Source: a virus
Virus record (IMG/VR): IMGVR_UViG_3300036466_000585
Span: 8,275-72,274 of that record
Length of the DNA: 64,000 nucleotides
Direction: 5' to 3' (one strand)
The position numbers and the translations under genes were made by a program. The notes under the pieces are model-generated. The model searched no databases. It was given only the letters and a program-made list of their open reading frames with translations, and was not told where the DNA came from. Below are positions 45,801 to 55,318 of this stretch, piece after piece; the first letter of the stretch is position 1, and the number at the start of each line of letters is the position of its first letter.

Positions 45801-48800
45801 ATCTTCATGACCATGGAGGCCTTCGAGCGGATCCGGCTGCGCGACGACACCATCACCGGCTACGAGTCCTACATGCGCAGCGCCGACCAGTCCTTCGCCG
45901 AGAGCGAGGACCGCAAGGCCGACGAACGCGCCAAGGGCAAGGCGGCGACCATCGTCGACGTGCTGGGCAAGAAGGACGGCGCCGCCCCCTTCCTGGAAGA
46001 CATGGGCATCGACTCGCTGGTGATCGACGAGGCCCACGTGTTCAAGAACTCGGCAACCACCGTCGACTTCAAGGGCGGCAAGTACCTGTCGCAGTCGCCG
46101 GCGTCCAAGCGCGGCCTCGACGCGCAGGCCAAGGCCTGGGCCATCCGCGGCGGCAGCGGCGCCCGGGGCGATGGCGTCATGCTGCTGACCGCCACGCCCA
46201 TCACCAACAGCCCGCTGGAGATCTACTCCATGATGGCCCTGGCCGTGGGCCACGACCGCGTGAACGACATGTTCATCGGCACATCGGGCGCCGACGGCTT
46301 CATGAACACCGTGTGCCAGATCGAGAACGAGGACGACGAGTCCATCGACGGCGAGAGCCGGGCCATCAACGTGTTCAAGGGGCTCAACAACGTCGAGATG
46401 CTGCGCGGCGCCATGCGCCAGGTGGCTACCATCAAGAACGCCGATGACGTCGGCAGCCAGATCAAGGTGCCGGACGCCCCGGAGCGGGCCAGCAGCATCC
46501 AGCTGCCGGAGGCGACCGTGGTGCGGCTGGAGGAGTACAAGCAGGCCTATCGCTATGCCGCCGACGCCATGGCGGAGCGAGGCGAGAACCGCGGCGACGC
46601 GGCATCCTTCGAGCGCATCGCCGGCAAGTTCGGCGAGCCCATGGAGCTCATCGGCCACCCCTTCAACCTGATCAACAAGATGACCATGCTCATCGCCGAC
46701 CCCGACCTCGATGCCCGGGTGTCGCGCTATGTGATCAACGACGGCGAGGAGGAGCAGGCCCGCGCCCTGGTGGAGCAGTGGAACGCCAAGCCGCCCACCG
46801 AGCAGCGCACCCGCCCCGGGCCCAATGCCACGGCAGAGGAGGCGGTCAGCGTGAAGACCATCCGCGACGCCAATCGCGAGGTGGTCGGCCGCCAGTACAA
46901 GATGCCGGTCAAGGCCTGGGTCGAGAACGGCGCCGTCGTGCTCGACACCGTAAGCTCGGACACGCAGGACCGCTTCGAGGCCATGGCCGACAAGGCCGGC
47001 GTCGAGCTCGACGTCTCGGTACCGCCCAAGCTGGCCGCCATGCTCGAGAACTTCCAGACCGAGGCGGCGACCCCGCGCGGCGTGGATGCCGAGGGCAACC
47101 GCATCCCGCACGCCAAGCAGATCATCTTCTGTGACCTGCTGGGACTTCACAACAAGATCCGCCGGCTGCTGACTCGCCGGGCCGGCGTGCCGGCATCGGC
47201 CATCGCCGTCGTCACCGGGCAGCGCAACAACAGCCCGGAGGAGATCATGGAGGTGCAGGACGGCTTCAACGCCCCGGGCGAGGCCAACAAGTACCGCGTG
47301 ATCATCGCCAACGAGAAGGCGGAAGTCGGCATCAACCTGCAGAAGGGCACTCAGGCCATCCACCACCTGACCATCGGCTGGACGCCGGACAGCCTGACCC
47401 AGCGCAACGGTCGCGGCGTGCGCCAGGGCAACAAGACCGAGCAGGTCACGGTCTACCACTACGACGCCGACGGCACCTTCGACACCGCCAAGCGCTCCCT
47501 GGTCAACAGCAAGGCGGACTGGATTGGCGCCATGATGAAGCCCGACGGCGGCGACAGCCTGGCCATCAGCGGCGGCATGAGCCGCGAGCAGATGGAGGCG
47601 CTGATCGATGTCGTGGGCGATGCCGATGCCGTGACCCGCATTCAGGAGGCGATGGCCGCCAAGGAGGCCGAGCGCCGGGCCACGACCAACCGCGAGCGTC
47701 AGCGCATCAACCTGGACACCATCGACAAGCAGAACCAGTTCCTGGCCGACAACGAGCAGGCCAGCGACTGGGTGGCGCGCAAGATGGGTCAACTGCTGAG
47801 CGCCATGGGGCAGACCGAGAAGGTCCGCAAGCGGCTGTCGCGCCCCAAGATGAGCGAGTCGGCCCGCGCCAAGAACGAGGGCCTGCTGGCCGAGCTGGAG
47901 GTCAAGGAGCGCGGCCTGCAACGCCAGATCGAGGAGGCGGCGACCTTCCATCGGGCCAGCTACAACTACCAGACCCGCCAGAACGAGCGCAGCGGCGACG
48001 CCCCGCTGAGCCCGCGCGAGGTGGTGACCACCTTCCTGGATCGCGCCAAGCGCGGCGAGAATCGCGCGTCCGACCTGGTGGAGGCCTTGCGCCGGGGGCG
48101 GCTGGGCTTCGGGGCCGTCGATATCGATGTCGACCACGAGTCGGAGCTGGTCAACGAGTGGGAGTCCGAGGTCGACATGGCGCGCCAGATGCGCCGTCAG
48201 GCGGTGGAGAGCTACCAGCGCCAGGCCAAGGAGGCCGGCGGCCTGCCCGATGGCGTGGCCGAGGCCTTCGAGGCCGGCAACGGCGTGCTGGTGGGCGACC
48301 AGCCGGTGATCGCCGAATGCTTCGTGCTGGCCGACGGCGAGCTGTTCGTGGTCGGTCGCGGCGGCCTGTCCGACTTCCGTCCCGGGGCCACGGCCGTGGT
48401 GAACGGTCGCGAGCGTCGCGCCCTGCTGTATGCCCTGGTGCCGGTGGGCGAGATCGTCTACCCGGGATCCGCCAAGTACGAGGAGTGCCTGACCCGGGCC
48501 GCGGCCATCGAGGACGCGGCGGAGCGCGCCGGCGAAACGCTCAACACCTACTCCACGGCCTGCCCGGCGGTGGCCACGCGCCGCGAGACCGACGTATCGG
48601 CCGCCTACTCGAGCTATACCTATTCGCTGCCGGCCCCGCACTTCCCGCTGGCGGTACGCGCCGAGGAAGTGCCGGCGGGGTCCGAGGTGCTGGCCAGGAT
48701 CGTGGAGGAGCAGAAGGCCGTCATCAAGCGCTGGGAGGGGTCCGACTTCGTGGTCGGCAACGACGTCGAGGTGGTTCGCGACCGCCCGGCCAAGGCGGAG

Positions 48801-49328
48801 GCGCTGCGCGACTACGCCATTGCCCACGGCCTCAAGCTCAAGGCGTCCGACCTGCCCGGCGAGCTCTATCGGCTGCGCCAACTGATTCGCGAGGGACTGG
48901 ACGAGGAGGCCTTCGCCGCGACCCTGGTCGGCGAAGATGGCGACGAGATTGGCCGCAACGTCGAGGCCTTCATGGAGGCCCACGCCCCGTGGTTCGACTT
49001 CGACGGCGAGGGCCATTCATACTTGCCGCACCACCTGCAGCGCCGGGCCATGGTCGCCATCGCCGAGAAGCTGCCCGACGACACCGGCGGCGCGCCGGCA
49101 GATGAGCCCGCGCCCGCGGGAAGCGACGACGGCGACCCCGACGAGATGGTGCTGATCGAAGGCGATACCCGCGCCTGGAAGGATCGCATCAAGGAGTACG
49201 GCACCCGGCATGGCAGCTACCGGCGCTGGGTGCGCAAGGAGACGGCATGGCGCGTGCGCCGCCAGGCCTGGAATGCGCTGATCGCCGACCATCCGCGCGC
49301 CGCCCAAGAACTCAACCTGAGAGGCTGA
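42882..49328 (+). CDS. darB: DarB-like N6-adenine methyltransferase / SF2 (SNF2-like) helicase fusion
   Basis: YSGNGG, YEYYTP, LDPAAGTG, NVPF; DVGLGKT, IDEAH, LTATP, GINLQ, QRNGRGVRQGN. Confidence 0.9.
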   Translation: MKPIYDDASAGGGAQAMMARLKLVSELGRVRKELIALPQGIAAMAQRLTLVKRANEIRTELKAATLAADPSKAMKAERDPPEPVETPRQPTAGLYSHDEKRTKGQRQKANNAAVELLARIQSGETSREELTDEDRAVLAGYSGNGGALVGADGKKGSAYEYYTPKPIAEGIWDALGAMGFSGGKILDPAAGTGVFGATAPRHAAVDAVELDETSGTINALVNAGPGYTATVSPFEAVAAATPDESYDAVVTNVPFGTVADRGGNQNLDPKYQKETLEAYFILRSLDKLKPGGLAAFVVPPRCVSGRGGAEVKLRQRASLKAEFLGAYRLPNSVFGAADADTITDVIFFRKYGRDAAEKIEELHEQAPETLAEAKVMWGEFVEGRYFKGEGRRFVLGEFVPKDPEKFRDVDRVKNPASVPEVAKLIRRLPGSRVDWTLLEAAETQPIIYHEGDTLTQAGQTLQLQDGQWVPLEAGSRDVRGAELLGQFKDAYTAFDAGMGYDDALTLRQYMRDTSQSLDMPAWLASALATLDKLPDDDARARAWTPGLVGLAVSQVLDESGRGSGTDFLSGYAKLSEAMKRQAAAARRVKGVDGELRRGLGELAAHYQRKAGFSALWRGDVQEAPAVQVSAEHGFEGLLYENQSSWVSLEQARTVLGDGFDPFANDDWCVSADGSQVSRADDYYVGSYGEFVKRIDAEMAAAPNDKVRAKLMRQKAVAAERIDRVDVSRISFNLFSPYVTLEEKAEFLRRFVHPGAVVTFDDKTSEPRIEFDIPGSQLTDREKLIRRIGAYLKNGTITLGGTKLDMGDAEGIRELRALVNKANEQFNGWARGNANVVSRLESQANDPEKLRFAQPEDESPLAIPGMNPELELHGYQNAYVRSRARDFSGINGFDVGLGKTFTALAVAQYVQSIGAKKKTVFVVPNSVLSNWQKESAKAYASTDDCLYVGLRDGRVDSSAYDEDLNRIMENRHSKIFMTMEAFERIRLRDDTITGYESYMRSADQSFAESEDRKADERAKGKAATIVDVLGKKDGAAPFLEDMGIDSLVIDEAHVFKNSATTVDFKGGKYLSQSPASKRGLDAQAKAWAIRGGSGARGDGVMLLTATPITNSPLEIYSMMALAVGHDRVNDMFIGTSGADGFMNTVCQIENEDDESIDGESRAINVFKGLNNVEMLRGAMRQVATIKNADDVGSQIKVPDAPERASSIQLPEATVVRLEEYKQAYRYAADAMAERGENRGDAASFERIAGKFGEPMELIGHPFNLINKMTMLIADPDLDARVSRYVINDGEEEQARALVEQWNAKPPTEQRTRPGPNATAEEAVSVKTIRDANREVVGRQYKMPVKAWVENGAVVLDTVSSDTQDRFEAMADKAGVELDVSVPPKLAAMLENFQTEAATPRGVDAEGNRIPHAKQIIFCDLLGLHNKIRRLLTRRAGVPASAIAVVTGQRNNSPEEIMEVQDGFNAPGEANKYRVIIANEKAEVGINLQKGTQAIHHLTIGWTPDSLTQRNGRGVRQGNKTEQVTVYHYDADGTFDTAKRSLVNSKADWIGAMMKPDGGDSLAISGGMSREQMEALIDVVGDADAVTRIQEAMAAKEAERRATTNRERQRINLDTIDKQNQFLADNEQASDWVARKMGQLLSAMGQTEKVRKRLSRPKMSESARAKNEGLLAELEVKERGLQRQIEEAATFHRASYNYQTRQNERSGDAPLSPREVVTTFLDRAKRGENRASDLVEALRRGRLGFGAVDIDVDHESELVNEWESEVDMARQMRRQAVESYQRQAKEAGGLPDGVAEAFEAGNGVLVGDQPVIAECFVLADGELFVVGRGGLSDFRPGATAVVNGRERRALLYALVPVGEIVYPGSAKYEECLTRAAAIEDAAERAGETLNTYSTACPAVATRRETDVSAAYSSYTYSLPAPHFPLAVRAEEVPAGSEVLARIVEEQKAVIKRWEGSDFVVGNDVEVVRDRPAKAEALRDYAIAHGLKLKASDLPGELYRLRQLIREGLDEEAFAATLVGEDGDEIGRNVEAFMEAHAPWFDFDGEGHSYLPHHLQRRAMVAIAEKLPDDTGGAPADEPAPAGSDDGDPDEMVLIEGDTRAWKDRIKEYGTRHGSYRRWVRKETAWRVRRQAWNALIADHPRAAQELNLRG

Positions 49329-49329
49329 C

Positions 49330-49749
49330 ATGGCATTCACGGAACACCTGTTCGACGAGGACGAGATCAAGGCGCTGGCCCGGCAGCGGGCCGCCGCCCT
49401 CAAGGAGAATCGCGGCTTCTCAGACTTCCCCGGCTTCGCGCTGGGGGTGATCGAGCGCCGTCTGGCCAAGGATCCGCTTCGGTACCGGGACTATGGGCCC
49501 TACTGGTGGTCGCTCAAGGCGCTGCTGATCGACGGCGGCCGGGAGCTGGGCGAGCGCGACGACCCGATGGTGCGTGCCGCTTACCAGGGTGGGACGCCGG
49601 CCGAGACCATCGTCATGGCCGACGAGTTCCGCACCCGCTACCTGGCCACGCAGGCGGTGGGCACCAACCAGTTCATCCTGGATGGTGAGACCGGCGCCAC
49701 CTACACCCTGGAAGACGAGGACATGGAATCCCGCCTCGCCGGCGCCTAA
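49330..49749 (+). CDS. Ulx-like protein
   Basis: RLAKDPLRYRDYGPYWWSLKALL; immediately after darB as in P1 (recalled). Confidence 0.65.
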   Translation: MAFTEHLFDEDEIKALARQRAAALKENRGFSDFPGFALGVIERRLAKDPLRYRDYGPYWWSLKALLIDGGRELGERDDPMVRAAYQGGTPAETIVMADEFRTRYLATQAVGTNQFILDGETGATYTLEDEDMESRLAGA

Positions 49750-49752
49750 GCC

Positions 49753-49793
49753 GGAAAACGCCCCGCTGATCCTGCCCTGGTATGGCCCACCAT
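49753..49793 (+). promoter_or_regulatory. putative late promoter LP6 (leaderless portal mRNA)
   Basis: GGAAAA-N29-CACCAT-N6-ATG. Confidence 0.7.
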
Positions 49794-49799
49794 CGGGCC

Positions 49800-51341
49800 A
49801 TGCCTAAATCATCTTCCACTGGGCATCGGCGAGGGCTTCTCTCACGACTCGGCATTGGTGCCAAGAAGTGGGAGAGCGAGCACCTCCCCGAGAGCCACGA
49901 AATATCGCCGTCCGACACCATGCTCTATGGTGCCGGCACGACCACGGTCGCGAGCCTGCTGGCGTCGGGGTCGCGCCAGGCGCGCACGCGACAGGCCATC
50001 TACGACAAGTGGGCGCAGATGGAGGCCGACCCCATCGTTTCGTCCGCCATCAAGCTGCTGGTGACCTCCGCCCTGGGCGGGCACGAGACGTCGGGCGATA
50101 TCGTCTTCATCGAGAAGCGCCCGGCCGCTGAGCAGAACGAGCAGCTGGGCAAGATCGTGGAGGAGATTCGCGAGGACCTGTCCGGCATCCTCAACCGGTC
50201 CGCCTACCCCATGGCCTATCTGGGTAGCGTGTTCGGCGACAGCTACGCCCGCATCTACACGGACAAGCGCGGCGTCGTCGACCTCTACGTGGACGAGCTG
50301 GTCAGGCCGCCCCTGGTGCAGCCGTTCGACCGCGGCAGCCGCACCGTGGGCTATGCCATCTACACCGGCGAGCGCAACTTCCAGCGCCTGGACACCACGC
50401 AGATGGCGCGCCTCAAGATGCCGCGCAGCCAGTGGGTGCCGCAACACGGCGTGTTCGAGAAGTCGCTGAAGCTGGCCCTGAGCACCGATGACGTCAACGA
50501 CCTGCCGTTGATGCCCGCCATGGCTGGCGGCTCGCTGATCTATCCCGCCGAGGAGCCCTACGACAAGCTGACGGCCAGTCTGCTGGGCCTGGTCGGCCAG
50601 CGCTGGATGGACTCGATCGACGAGCAGATGCTGACCGTGAACCTCAACGACATGTCGCAGGACATGCAGAAGAAGTTCATGGGCTCCATCAAGGACATGC
50701 TGACGCGCTCCAAGGAGATCGCCGAGGAGGCGGTGAAGGGCGGCCGGCCCATCATGGAGCGCGTGCGCCACGTCATCCCGGTGTTCGGTGACAAGCAGCT
50801 GACCCGCATGGAGGGTGGCGGCCAAAGCGGTCGCTCGGACCGCATCAGCATCGAGGACGTCATGCTGCACGCCCGCCTGCTAGCCGGGGCCATCGGCGTC
50901 GACCTGTCGATGATTGGCTTCGCTGACCAGATGAGTGGCGGCCTGGGGGAGGGCGGCTTCTTCCGCACGTCCGCGCAGGCGGCCGAGAGCGCGCGCGTGA
51001 TCCGCGTGGCCCTGGCTGAGGCCTTCAACCACATCATCGACATGCACACCCTGAAGCGCTACGGCACGGTCTTCCCGGCCAGTGAGCGGCCGTGGAAGAT
51101 CAACTTCTACGGCTCCATCTCCGCGCTCGAGGCCGAGCGTCAGCGCACCCTCAACGACGGCATGAGTGTCGGCATCGGGCTGACGCAGGCCATCGGCGCC
51201 ATGCGCGACATGGGCGCCAACAAACGGATCATGGAGGCCTTCCTGACCGACACCATGCAGCTGGACGAGGAGCAGGCCAAGCTCTATGCCGAGCTGGCCG
51301 AGATGGGCAAGGATCAAGGCGGCGGCCAGGGGTGGCCATGA
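49800..51341 (+). CDS. portal protein (P1 Prt-like)
   Basis: R..IY.....MEADPIVSSAI.L.V..ALG; FGDSYARIY; GGLGEGGFFRTS. Confidence 0.8.
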   Translation: MPKSSSTGHRRGLLSRLGIGAKKWESEHLPESHEISPSDTMLYGAGTTTVASLLASGSRQARTRQAIYDKWAQMEADPIVSSAIKLLVTSALGGHETSGDIVFIEKRPAAEQNEQLGKIVEEIREDLSGILNRSAYPMAYLGSVFGDSYARIYTDKRGVVDLYVDELVRPPLVQPFDRGSRTVGYAIYTGERNFQRLDTTQMARLKMPRSQWVPQHGVFEKSLKLALSTDDVNDLPLMPAMAGGSLIYPAEEPYDKLTASLLGLVGQRWMDSIDEQMLTVNLNDMSQDMQKKFMGSIKDMLTRSKEIAEEAVKGGRPIMERVRHVIPVFGDKQLTRMEGGGQSGRSDRISIEDVMLHARLLAGAIGVDLSMIGFADQMSGGLGEGGFFRTSAQAAESARVIRVALAEAFNHIIDMHTLKRYGTVFPASERPWKINFYGSISALEAERQRTLNDGMSVGIGLTQAIGAMRDMGANKRIMEAFLTDTMQLDEEQAKLYAELAEMGKDQGGGQGWP

Positions 51342-52237
51342 GCCTGTTCGACAAGATCTCGGCGGCCGGGGCCAGCGGCAACGTTCTCGGCCAGGCCGAC
51401 GGCGCGATACGCAGCGGGGCCGGCAGCATCGGCGAGCAAGTCGGCAGCCTAGCCGGCGGCGGCAAGCTGGCCAGTGCCGTCAGCCAGGCGGGCGCCACCA
51501 TGGGCGGGCAGGCCGTCAGTCGGGCGATGAACAGCCATATCCCGCCCGGCATGCGCGGAGCCATCAACTCGGGCGCCGAGGCGGCCAGCCAGATCGCCGG
51601 CGGCGATGTCGAGGGCGGCATCCTCACCGCGCTGGAATCCGGCCTGGCCGGCGACGCGCTGGGCAACCTGCTGGGCGGTCAAGCCAGCCAGGGCCGCTAC
51701 TGGAGCGGGGCCAACATGCTGTACGGCGGCATCACGCCGTCCGAGGCCAAGCGCATTTATCAGGAAGCCATCGACACCGGTCGCGCCAAGAAGAACCTGT
51801 TCCTCCTCAAGGCGCAGAGCGCGCTGGCCGGTGACTTCTCGCACGAGTTCAACCTGTTCTGCACCGACATTGAGCGCGGACCCAGCGAGGTCTCGGGCGG
51901 CAAGGTGCGGGCCGGCAGCGCCCAGCTCGACACCCTGACTCAGGCCGAACCTGTGGTGCTGCGCATCACCACCATGGATGATCGTGCCGGGACGCTGAAG
52001 CGGTGGTTCGAGGCCCATATCGCAGCCGTTGCCGCGCAGGACGGCTCCTTCGGCGTGCCGGCCGACTACGCCATCGTCTTCACCATCCAGCACGCCTTCG
52101 TGGGAGAGGCTGACGCCTTTACCGGCCGCGTGCTGTGCCGCGCCCAGTCCTACGAGGTTGGGCTGTCGCGCCGAGAGGACGCCATGGAGGAGCTGCAGAT
52201 GACCTTCACCCAGCTCGACACCTTCATGAGTCCCTAG
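51338..52237 (+). CDS. tube-fold baseplate protein with Gly-rich N-terminus (P1 Tub-like)
   Basis: ITTMDD..G....WF......V...DGSFGVPADY; ATGA coupling to portal. Confidence 0.6.
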   Translation: MSLFDKISAAGASGNVLGQADGAIRSGAGSIGEQVGSLAGGGKLASAVSQAGATMGGQAVSRAMNSHIPPGMRGAINSGAEAASQIAGGDVEGGILTALESGLAGDALGNLLGGQASQGRYWSGANMLYGGITPSEAKRIYQEAIDTGRAKKNLFLLKAQSALAGDFSHEFNLFCTDIERGPSEVSGGKVRAGSAQLDTLTQAEPVVLRITTMDDRAGTLKRWFEAHIAAVAAQDGSFGVPADYAIVFTIQHAFVGEADAFTGRVLCRAQSYEVGLSRREDAMEELQMTFTQLDTFMSP

Positions 52238-52239
52238 CC

Positions 52240-55200
52240 ATGGCATTAAACCACGACAATCAGGGCTTTCTGGTCGGCGAGCGGCTGGATGCCGACGACA
52301 TCACCGGTCGCCTCGACTCCATTCGCGATGAGATACGGTCATTGCGTCACGACCTTGCGGGAAGCGTGGTCAGCGCGCCGCCGGCGCCACCCAAGACATC
52401 GGCAGACGAAGGCGTCAGCGGAAGTCGTGCGGCCCCCGACCCGCAGCGCAGCCGGTCATCCCGGCCTAGCGCCGAAGCAGGTCGCGACGAGGTGGTCATT
52501 CGCATTGATCGCCCGGCCGTAGCAGCCACGCCGCCGGAAAGGCGGGCGCCTGGACGCTTCGTTTATAGCTCGGCGGGGGAAGCAAAAGCCGACGAATCGA
52601 GAGAGGAAGCTTCGTCCGCCGCTGTCGCCATGCCCATCCGTGAGCGCGACGCCAGCGACCGCTATGCCTCCCGTGGCGTGGCGGCTTCGCCTGTCCGCGA
52701 CCTTTCCGGGTCCCGGCCAAGGGTCGGAGGGGGGCGCGGCCCTGACGGCCGTTTCGTCTCGGGCGGCGGCGACCCATCGGCAGGCGATGACGAGGCCGGG
52801 CTGCTGTCGCGCTCCATCGATGGGCTAAGTGATCGACTGAGTGGTGCCGTACAGGAGATGGGGGCCGGTACCGAGGATGCCGACCCTGCCGTCAAAGCGT
52901 TCAACGAGGTTGCCCAGCCGCTGCAACGCGGCTTCAGCAAGATCCTTGGGGATGGCGATAGCCGCAAGCAGGAGCGCTGGTACCGCCGATTCTGGATGAT
53001 GATGCGCGGCTCTCGCCGCGAGGATCGCGCGGCCGACAAGCAACAGCGCCGCATCCTGAAGAACATCGAGCGCAAGCCGACCGGTGGTGACAACGGCTCA
53101 ATGCTGTGGCGTGGTCTCATGCTGCTGCTGGCTCCCATCACCGGCATGCTGTCGCTGCTGGGCGGCCTGCCGATGGCGCTGGCCGGAGCGGTGATCACCG
53201 GCCTAAAGGCGCTGTTGACCGCCATGGGGCTCGGCCGCGTGGCGAGACGCATGACCGTGCCCAGCAGCGGCCGCTCCACGCCCCGTCGTGGTGGCGGAGG
53301 GTCGGCCGGAAGGGCTGCCGCCAGGGGCGGGGCGTCCGGAACGCCAGCCGCTCGACCGTCGGGCCAAGGCGGCACCACGTCACGCCCCGGGGCATCGACG
53401 ACTCAAGGCGGCAGTCGATTTGGCCGCCTGCTGAAAGGCGGGGCGCGTCGCATCCCGGGTATTGGTGCGCTGCTGGGCCTGGGGTTCATGGCCAGCGACA
53501 TCGCCGCCAGCGAAGGCAGCAACGCCAGCCGGGCCGAGAAAGACGTCACGACCGGGCGCGCCATCGGTGGCGGCCTGGGCGGCATCGGCGGCATGGCCGG
53601 CGGCGCCGCTGCGGGCGCGGCCATCGGCTCCGTGGTGCCGGGCATCGGCACCGCCATCGGAGGCATCATCGGCGCCGCGGCGGGCGGCTTCTTCGGCGGC
53701 AGTGCCGGCGAGGTCGTCGGCGAGAAGGTCGGCGGTTGGGTCACCGACCTTCGTAAGTCCAACCTGGTGCAGAGCCTCTCCCAGCGCTGGGAGTACGCCA
53801 CCACCTTCATGTCGAGCCTGTGGGAGCAGACCAGCGAAGGCGTGTCGGCGCGCTGGGAGTCGGCCACCGCCACCTTCAGCAGCCTGTGGGCGTCTGCCAC
53901 GCAGGGCCTGTCCGACCGCTGGGAGGCGCTGTCGACCAGCATCGCCGAGCGCTGGACGGCCGTCACCGACGAGATGAAAGGGCTGTGGGACAGTGCCGTC
54001 AGCCTGGCCGCCGAGGGCTGGGGGGCGCTGACCGACATGGCGGAAGGCGCCAACGCCTGGATCGCAGAGAAGACCGGCGTCGACGTGGCGGAAACCGCCC
54101 GCGAGACTGGGCAATGGGTCTCTGACCGCGCCATCGAGACGTCCGAGTGGGTCTCCGAGCGCGCGGGCAGTGCGGCCGACTGGGCGGGCGAGCGCGCTGA
54201 CGCCGCCGCTGCCTGGACGGCCGACAGGGCTGAGGCGGCCGCCGGCTGGCTGGGCAACAAGCTGTCATCCGGGGCGAGCTGGCTGGGCGAGAAGACCGGT
54301 ATCTCGTCGGCCGTGGGCATGGTGCGCAACGCTCATAACGAGGCGGCTGCCGTGCCTGCCCTGACGCAGGCCATGGCCGAGGCCGGCATCACCGACCCCA
54401 ACGAGCAGGCGGCCTTCATGGGGCAGATGCACCACGAGTCCAGCGGCTTTCGCACCATGGAGGAGAGCTTCAACTACCGCAGCGCCGACCGGATCATGGA
54501 GGTCAGCGCCACGGCTCGAAACCAGGGCCGCGAAGCGGTCGAGGCGGCCATGGCACAGGGTCCGGAGGCGGTCGCCGAGCTCATGTATGGCGGGCGCATG
54601 GGCAACACAGAGGCTGGTGACGGCTACCGTTATCGCGGGCGTGGCTTCACCCAGCTGACCGGGCGCGACAACTACACGGCGGCCAGCGAAGCGCTGGGCG
54701 TCGACCTGGTGAACAACCCCGACCTGGCCGCCGACCCCGAGGTGGCGGCGCGCATCGCCACCTGGTACTGGCAGAGCCGTGACGGACTATCTGAGGCAGC
54801 CAGACAGGGCGATACCCGAGAAGTCACCCGGCTGATCAACGGCGGCACCAACGGCCTGGCCGACCGCCAGGCGGCAACGGACGAATACCTGGCCGCCGCC
54901 CGTTCCGGCGAGTTCGCCGTCTCGCCATCGGCCGGCGGCGCGTCCTCCATCGCCGGAGTGGTTGCACCGTCGCCCGGTGAGTCCGTGAGCGCGACGGTTG
55001 CGGGCGCAGCAAGGGCTGACCGCCTGGCGGCGCTCGGCCTGGCCTCCACTCGCCAACCGGTGGGGGCCTCTCCACAGCCGGCCGTCACCATACCCGCCCC
55101 CCGGGCTCCAGCCCTGGCCGAGGCGCCGAGCGTCAGCGCGCCGATGTCGTCACCGCAGGGGCAAGGAGGCGATCGCCAGCCCTCTCGCGGGCCAGAGGAC

Positions 55201-55269
55201 GTCAGCCGCGACGTGCCGGATCGTCGCATCGCCCATATCGTCACCGGCGCCTACAGCGGTATGGGATAG
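52240..55269 (+). CDS. tape measure protein with C-terminal GH19 lysozyme-like domain
   Basis: TM segment, Gly-zipper, 11-residue Trp periodicity; HHESSGF, YGGRMGN, DGYRYRGRG..QLTGRDNY, TRLINGGTNGL. Confidence 0.85.
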   Translation: MALNHDNQGFLVGERLDADDITGRLDSIRDEIRSLRHDLAGSVVSAPPAPPKTSADEGVSGSRAAPDPQRSRSSRPSAEAGRDEVVIRIDRPAVAATPPERRAPGRFVYSSAGEAKADESREEASSAAVAMPIRERDASDRYASRGVAASPVRDLSGSRPRVGGGRGPDGRFVSGGGDPSAGDDEAGLLSRSIDGLSDRLSGAVQEMGAGTEDADPAVKAFNEVAQPLQRGFSKILGDGDSRKQERWYRRFWMMMRGSRREDRAADKQQRRILKNIERKPTGGDNGSMLWRGLMLLLAPITGMLSLLGGLPMALAGAVITGLKALLTAMGLGRVARRMTVPSSGRSTPRRGGGGSAGRAAARGGASGTPAARPSGQGGTTSRPGASTTQGGSRFGRLLKGGARRIPGIGALLGLGFMASDIAASEGSNASRAEKDVTTGRAIGGGLGGIGGMAGGAAAGAAIGSVVPGIGTAIGGIIGAAAGGFFGGSAGEVVGEKVGGWVTDLRKSNLVQSLSQRWEYATTFMSSLWEQTSEGVSARWESATATFSSLWASATQGLSDRWEALSTSIAERWTAVTDEMKGLWDSAVSLAAEGWGALTDMAEGANAWIAEKTGVDVAETARETGQWVSDRAIETSEWVSERAGSAADWAGERADAAAAWTADRAEAAAGWLGNKLSSGASWLGEKTGISSAVGMVRNAHNEAAAVPALTQAMAEAGITDPNEQAAFMGQMHHESSGFRTMEESFNYRSADRIMEVSATARNQGREAVEAAMAQGPEAVAELMYGGRMGNTEAGDGYRYRGRGFTQLTGRDNYTAASEALGVDLVNNPDLAADPEVAARIATWYWQSRDGLSEAARQGDTREVTRLINGGTNGLADRQAATDEYLAAARSGEFAVSPSAGGASSIAGVVAPSPGESVSATVAGAARADRLAALGLASTRQPVGASPQPAVTIPAPRAPALAEAPSVSAPMSSPQGQGGDRQPSRGPEDVSRDVPDRRIAHIVTGAYSGMG

Positions 55270-55271
55270 CC

Positions 55272-55312
55272 GGAAAAGCAGCCCCCTGCCTGCGTCGGCG
55301 TCGCCGTAGCAT
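55272..55312 (+). promoter_or_regulatory. putative late promoter LP7 (leaderless)
   Basis: GGAAAA-N29-TAGCAT-N6-ATG. Confidence 0.7.
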
Positions 55313-55318
55313 GGCGCC

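Noticed and set aside
43965-49016. Very long minus-strand ORFs (1683 aa here; also 40044-43487 and 29797-31758)
   Set aside because: Antisense shadows of GC3-biased genes; no motifs or RBS, and the plus strand carries clear domains
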